Assembly (NCBI GenBank): GCA_963771465.1 | Contig: CAVYTU010000007.1 | Location: 1 to 64,000 of the forward strand | Reading direction: 5' to 3' | Source of the DNA: an uncultured delta proteobacterium | GTDB lineage: Bacteria > Desulfobacterota > Binatia > UBA9968 | DNA length: 64,000 nucleotides | Shown: positions 59,227 through 64,000 of the stretch, piece after piece | How the letters are laid out: each line of letters starts with the position of its first letter | Numbering within the stretch: position 1 is the stretch's first letter | Translations under genes and position numbers: made by a program | Notes under the pieces: generated by a model | Databases searched by the model: none | What the model saw: the letters and a program-made list of their open reading frames with translations, nothing else | Told to the model about the DNA's origin: nothing

Positions 59227-59790
59227 TTAAGCCAGGGCGAGATGGCTTGGCTGTCTGCTGATTAGGATTTCTGGAATAGGAGTGCCGTCGATGATCGGCA
59301 GCAGGAGATCGCATCTTTGTTTGTGGCGCACCGATTCCAGACAGAATACCATCTTGAGTTGTGGCGTATCGATGGCGCCAAAAATCCCCAGGCGAGTATC
59401 TGATTTATCGATGCCGATCCACTCTTCGACGCGAAATCCGAGCTCGTCAAAGAGTTCGTCGATGACGTGCTCCGCCACTCGGATGCCGCGGCCGGCAACG
59501 CGGAGTTGGATCCAGTAGCTCGGTTTGATGCCGATAAAGCTATTGAGATCGTTCAGACAAGTCCTGCGCCTGAGCGATACTTCGATGGCGGCGTCGGGGT
59601 CGCTGGTCAGGAGCGTCTCGTAAAGAAAGCGGCGCACGAAATCTTGCGCCGTCTGGTTGTGCCAGGGTACCTGCGTAAACGTAGGAGCGAGGGTTACGAA
59701 GACCGGCGGTTTGTCGCCGATACGGTTGCGGCTAAATCTTGAAATCGCGTCCTGAATGACCGTGCCGAAATCCAATTTTTCCATCATCAT
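59227..59790 (-). CDS. hypothetical protein, degenerate HATPase_c-like fold
   Basis: LDFGTVIQDAI..., IEVSL, IQLRVAGRG, ELF, ES....CDLLLP follow HATPase order but lack N/G1/G2 boxes. Confidence 0.5.
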   Translation of the reverse strand: MMMEKLDFGTVIQDAISRFSRNRIGDKPPVFVTLAPTFTQVPWHNQTAQDFVRRFLYETLLTSDPDAAIEVSLRRRTCLNDLNSFIGIKPSYWIQLRVAGRGIRVAEHVIDELFDELGFRVEEWIGIDKSDTRLGIFGAIDTPQLKMVFCLESVRHKQRCDLLLPIIDGTPIPEILISRQPSHLALA

Positions 59791-60041
59791 CTCCTTTGAT
59801 CTTTTTGCTCTAACTCTGACGAAGCTTGGTTAACGCGGTGTTACCGACGAATTAAATTCATAATAGCTTGGCGTTTCGGCGGCGGCTGTGTTGGGGACAA
59901 AATGGGCTGGCGCTTGGGTCGGCGAGCTCTGCCGCGCCGATGGCTTGCGTATATGTGTGGCAAAGAAACTTTCGTAAAATTCTTGCCGATGTGGGAGAGC
60001 GTCTCGGCGGGTATGACTCGCCGAGACGCCCGTAGATTTCA

Positions 60042-62025
60042 TCAACTGCCGATCGGACCACCGTCGTCCTTGGTGATCACGATGCAGGCCGAGCGCGGAC
60101 GCCCACCGGCAGCGCCGTCGGGCCAGGAGCTTAACGCCTTCGGATTGGCCGGGTTGGTGGGCGTGTCGTCGGGCGTCTCGCCCGGGTGCTGGATGCCGAC
60201 GAACATGGCGAGCTCGTCGGGAGTGGTGAACACGCCGGTGATTTCGCACTGCTTGGGACCGACGAGAAAGCGGCGAATTTCGCCGGACTCCGGATCAGCG
60301 CACAACATCTGGTTGTGGCCAAACCCCGCGTACGCACCCGAGTTGATCGTCGACGTCGACACGTCGGTTTCGATCCAGAGTCGGCCGCTCGGCGCCACGT
60401 ATATCCCGTCGGGCGAGCCGAACTTATCCCCCTCGATGTCAGAGCCATGGGCTGGAACGCTTGGGTCACCGCAGAGCGCGAAGATCTCCCACTCGAAGTC
60501 GGGCTCATCAAAGTCCTTATCGTATTTCCAAGTGATGATATGCCCGTAGTCATTGATGGCGCGCGGATTGGCTGCGTCCACAGCCGGTCGTGCCGCACCC
60601 GCGGTAGTGCTGCCGTTAGGGTTGTTGACGGAAAGTGGGTTGCTGCCCCGGCGGTTATTGTTGGTGAGGGTGGCGATGGCCGTAAGCGCTTTGGGAAAAG
60701 TATCGATCCATTCGGGACGATCCATCATCGTGGCACCGACCGCGTCGGCGGCGCCACGGGTATTGATCAAAATATCATTCAACGTCCAGCCCATCGGGTG
60801 ATCCGGCGTGGGCGGAACATCTGCCGGCGTGAGCGGCAGCCAGTTGCCGGTGCCATCGGCGTTAAACTTGGCGACGTAGAGGATGCCATCGTCGAGGGGA
60901 TTGATTCCCTTGCGGCGCGCCTGGCGCCACGGCAGGTTTGACACGTACCGATAGATGTATTCGTTGCGCTCATCATCGCCCATATAAACGACGATCTTGC
61001 CGCTCTTGGTCTCCTGCACCCAAGCGCCTTCATGTTTGATACGGCCGAGTGCGGTGCGCTTTACCGGCGTTGAAGTCGGATCGAAAGGATCGATCTCGAC
61101 CACCCAGCCGAAGCGGTTGGGCTCGTTCCGTTCGACGTCGGCGTTGAAGCGCGGATGAGTCGTGTGCCAGCGAAAGCCCGACGTGAGCGGCGAGATACCG
61201 TAGCGCTTCTCAAATGCGCTGCGCGGGTCCGGTGCCGTCGATGGTCCGGAAAAAGAAACCATTGAAATTCTCCTCGCAACTGAGATACGTGCCCCACGGA
61301 GTAAAGCCCATGGCGCAGTTGTTCACCGTGCCGAGCACGAGTTTGCCGGTGGGATCCGCGCTCGTCTTCAGCCGATCATCTCCCGCGGCCGGGCCGCCGA
61401 TCTCGATCGGAGTCTGACCGGTAATGCGGCGTGCGTACTGCGACGGCCGCACGACGCGCCACTCGCCGCCCTTTTGGCCTTTGCCGCCTTGCTTGGTGAT
61501 CTCGATGATCGATACGCCGTGGGCGTTGATCGATTTGTTGGTTTTTTCCGCGTTCCAGTTGGCGATGCCGTCGGTGAAAAGCAGACCTTCATCGGCGTAC
61601 TCGTTGTTCTGCACCAGTAGTCCGCGCGCCGAACCGTTTATCGGAAAATACACCACGCCGTCGTTGTGCGCGCCCCACTGGAGCGCCTGATCGGCGGCGC
61701 TGTTGCTGGCATCCTGCTTGAACGCTGGCCCGTTCGACACCGGGTCGCCCCAGGCGATCAATACACGCGCTGTGTATCCCGGAGGCACAACGACCTCGTC
61801 GGCCGTGGACACCGGAATCGCCTGAAAGCCGAGCAGCGGTCCGCCATTGGCTTTTGCCGAAGCCGGTACGGCTTTCAGCAAAGCATCGACGCCGACTAAT
61901 GAAAGGGCCGCCGCGGTAAGACCGCTTTTTAGAAAGCCGCGTCGAGACACTCGCGCGTCGACAACGTCCTGTAAGGACTGGTTGCCGGAAGTGTTGCAGA
62001 CATTATCATCATCAGGATTGTTCAT
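60042..62025 (-). CDS. phoX: Tat-exported PhoX alkaline phosphatase, frameshift at about 61225-61260
   Basis: SRRGFLK, HNDG, NNCA.G.TPWGTYLSCEENF, NEPNRFGWVVEIDP, HEG, MDRPEW, QHPGE. Confidence 0.92.
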
Positions 62026-62107
62026 GTTGATCTCCTCGTGTGTTTAGATTGTGCGATCTTTAATATCCCCGCTAGATTGCGCGCGAGTCACGAGGCTGCG
62101 ACATGAT

Positions 62108-62136
62108 GATTAATGTTCGGTTACGTTGACGTTGCG
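62108..62136 (-). promoter_or_regulatory. Pho-box-like repeats upstream of phoX
   Basis: GATTAAT/GGTTACG/CGTTGCG at 11-bp spacing. Confidence 0.55.
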
Positions 62137-62195
62137 CCGCCGGCCGGTTCGAACTTTTCTGGGCATTGGCCGAAAGCCTCACTTGATCTGAATGT

Positions 62196-62217
62196 TATTT
62201 CGATGATAGTGGAAATA
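62196..62217. promoter_or_regulatory. ArsR operator-like inverted repeat
   Basis: TATTTCGA-N6-TGGAAATA abutting the arsR start. Confidence 0.65.
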
Positions 62218-62597
62218 TGGAAATAAGGGCGGCGGTAACGACTCTAGCGGCACTCGCGCAGGAAACCCGGCTGTCGATTTTCCGTCTCCTTGTCGAGGCG
62301 GGAAGAGACGGCGAATCAGTTGGGCGCATCGGCGAGAGTTTGAAAGTCGCCGGGGCTACGTTGTCGTTTCATTTAAAGGAACTGGCGCGGGCGGGCCTGG
62401 TGACTTCAAGGCAAGAGCGGCAGTTTATTTACTACACCGTCGATTTCGAACGCATGGCTGAGATCATGACTTTCCTTACCCAGAATTGTTGCCACGGCAT
62501 GCCGCAGGCTTGCCTCAACGTAGTCGAAACGGCCCTGGGAAGCTGCTGCCCACCTAGCCCATCTAAACCCAAGAAGAAGAAAAGGAGTCGATCATGA
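62217..62597 (+). CDS. arsR: arsenic repressor ArsR (C-terminal CC type)
   Basis: ALAQETRLSIFRLL, TLSFHLKEL, FLTQNCCHG...C. Confidence 0.92.
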   Translation: MEIRAAVTTLAALAQETRLSIFRLLVEAGRDGESVGRIGESLKVAGATLSFHLKELARAGLVTSRQERQFIYYTVDFERMAEIMTFLTQNCCHGMPQACLNVVETALGSCCPPSPSKPKKKKRSRS

Positions 62598-63055
62598 AGC
62601 GTTTTCACGTTCATGTCATCGTTAACGATCTCGATGCCAGCATTCAGTTTTATTCGACCGTGTTCGGCATCCCACCTACGGTTCTGAAGCCCGACTATGT
62701 GAAATGGATGGTGGATGATCCGCGGATAAATTTCGCGATTTCGACGCGCGGCAGTGCGCCGGGTATCGATCATCTCGGCGTGCAGGTGGATTCGGACGAT
62801 GAATTGAGTGAATTGCGTGAGCAAGCGAAGGCGGCTGAAGTCGTTGTGTTCGACCAGGCCGACGCGACGTGCTGCTATGCGCGCTCCGACAAGTATTGGA
62901 TGACCGATCCGCAGGGGATTCCGTGGGAGACTTTCCATACGCTCGACACAATTCCCCTTTACGGCAACACGGAGCTCGCGCAGACAAGCGCTTGCTGCAG
63001 TGCCGCGCCAACCGGCGAAACCGCGTCCAACAAATCCACTGCGTGCTGCGGGTAA
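62594..63055 (+). CDS. arsI: ArsI/CadI glyoxalase-fold protein
   Basis: [38 protein letters not shown]. Confidence 0.88.
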   Translation: MKRFHVHVIVNDLDASIQFYSTVFGIPPTVLKPDYVKWMVDDPRINFAISTRGSAPGIDHLGVQVDSDDELSELREQAKAAEVVVFDQADATCCYARSDKYWMTDPQGIPWETFHTLDTIPLYGNTELAQTSACCSAAPTGETASNKSTACCG

Positions 63056-63066
63056 GGGAGACATTT

Positions 63067-63563
63067 GTGAAACAGGAAAATCTAAATGTTCTGTTTTTGT
63101 GCACAGGCAATTCGGCGCGCAGTATTATGGCTGAGGTCATTCTTAACTCCCTCGGAAAAAACAAATTCAAAGCTTTAGTGCGGGGAGCCATCCAGCGGGC
63201 AGCGTGAATCCACTGGCGCTGGCGCTTCTAGAAGAGTACCGCCTTCCAACCGAAGGCCTGCGCAGTAAGGACTGGAGTGAATTCTCCCAGCCGGACGCGC
63301 CGTTCATGCATTTCGTGTTCACGGTTTGTGATCAAGCCGCGGCCGAACCTTGTCCGGTCTGGCCCGGCCAACCGATGACCGCGCATTGGGGCGTTCATGA
63401 CCCGGCGGCGGTTCAAGGTAGCGACGAAGACAAGCGGAAGGCTTTTCTTAAGGCATATACGGAGCTTTATCGGCGCATATCGTTATTTATCAATCTGCCG
63501 TTCGGGACACTCAGCAAGCTCGCTCTCAAAGAAAAACTTGACGAGATCGGTCGCGCGCAATGA
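63067..63563 (+). CDS. arsC: thioredoxin-type arsenate reductase, frameshift near 63175
   Basis: [15 protein letters not shown]; adding one T restores AFSAGSHP; [24 protein letters not shown]. Confidence 0.9.
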
Positions 63564-64000
63564 GTTTTGGTCGGACAGCGACGGCAGAGGCGGTTGGAAC
63601 GGCCTTATTGCTGGCGATTGTGGTGGGTTCCGGCATCATGGGCGAGCGGCTCGCGCAGGGAAACGCGGCGATTGCTTTGTTGGCGAATTCGATCGCCACC
63701 GGCGCCGGGCTCTATACTTTGATTGTCATCTTCGGGCCAATTTCTGGGGCGCACTTCAATCCGGTTGTCTCAGCGGTCAGCGTGTGGCAGGGCGATCTTA
63801 CTGGAAGTCGCGGCATCGCTTATGCGTTGGCGCAAATCGCCGGCGCGTTCACGGGAGTGATTGCGGCGCACGCGATGTTCGGGTTGCCGATTGTTCAGGT
63901 CTCGGCGCATGTGCGCTCGACATTTGGAGAAGGATTCGGCGAAGTAATCGCAACATTTGGTTTGGTCCTGACGATCACTCTTACTTCGCGGTTTCGCGCT
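63560..64000 (+). CDS. MIP/aquaglyceroporin, AqpS-like arsenite channel (partial)
   Basis: Manual: AEAVGTALLL..VVGSGIMGE.L, LLANSIATGA, GPISGAHFNPVV. Confidence 0.9.
   Translation, partial: MSFGRTATAEAVGTALLLAIVVGSGIMGERLAQGNAAIALLANSIATGAGLYTLIVIFGPISGAHFNPVVSAVSVWQGDLTGSRGIAYALAQIAGAFTGVIAAHAMFGLPIVQVSAHVRSTFGEGFGEVIATFGLVLTITLTSRFRA

Overview
A GC-rich bacterial chromosomal window. The gene content (NMT1-type solute-binding proteins, Grd-like selenoprotein, sigma54 promoters) suggests a deltaproteobacteria-like or Binatota-like organism, but that is inference only. It has four blocks. (1) 1-32 kb: metabolic and stress genes, including a sulfatase maturase, a glycine-reductase-type component B pair, ackA-xfp, gap, USPs, ilvA, alkaline phosphatase/pcs, an M28 peptidase, aldolase and an amine oxidase. 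Two UGA-readthrough selenoproteins are split or missed by the ORF track (GrdB-like; glutaredoxin-like UxxC), and a 523-bp IS1-derived non-autonomous element is present. (2) 32.5-38.2 kb: a decaying array of toxin-antitoxin and small DNA-binding modules, punctuated by a perfect 24-bp palindrome and heptamer/hexamer repeats, ending at a tRNA-Ser 3' fragment (att-like). (3) tRNA-Ser(GGA), SRP RNA, dnaX-ybaB-recR. (4) 42-64 kb: a phosphate/polyphosphate/arsenic supercluster (pit, phoRBU, pstSSCAB, tandem Tmk-like kinases, CHAD, sixA, ppx, phoX, ars operon) with Pho-box-like 11-bp repeats. The most striking signal is PhoR fused in frame to a catalytically complete ArsC/LMW-PTP domain, plus a stand-alone degenerate ArsC-like protein and a split pseudo-histidine kinase nearby. 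Several single-base frameshifts (VIT1, pstB, phoX, arsC) may be assembly errors.
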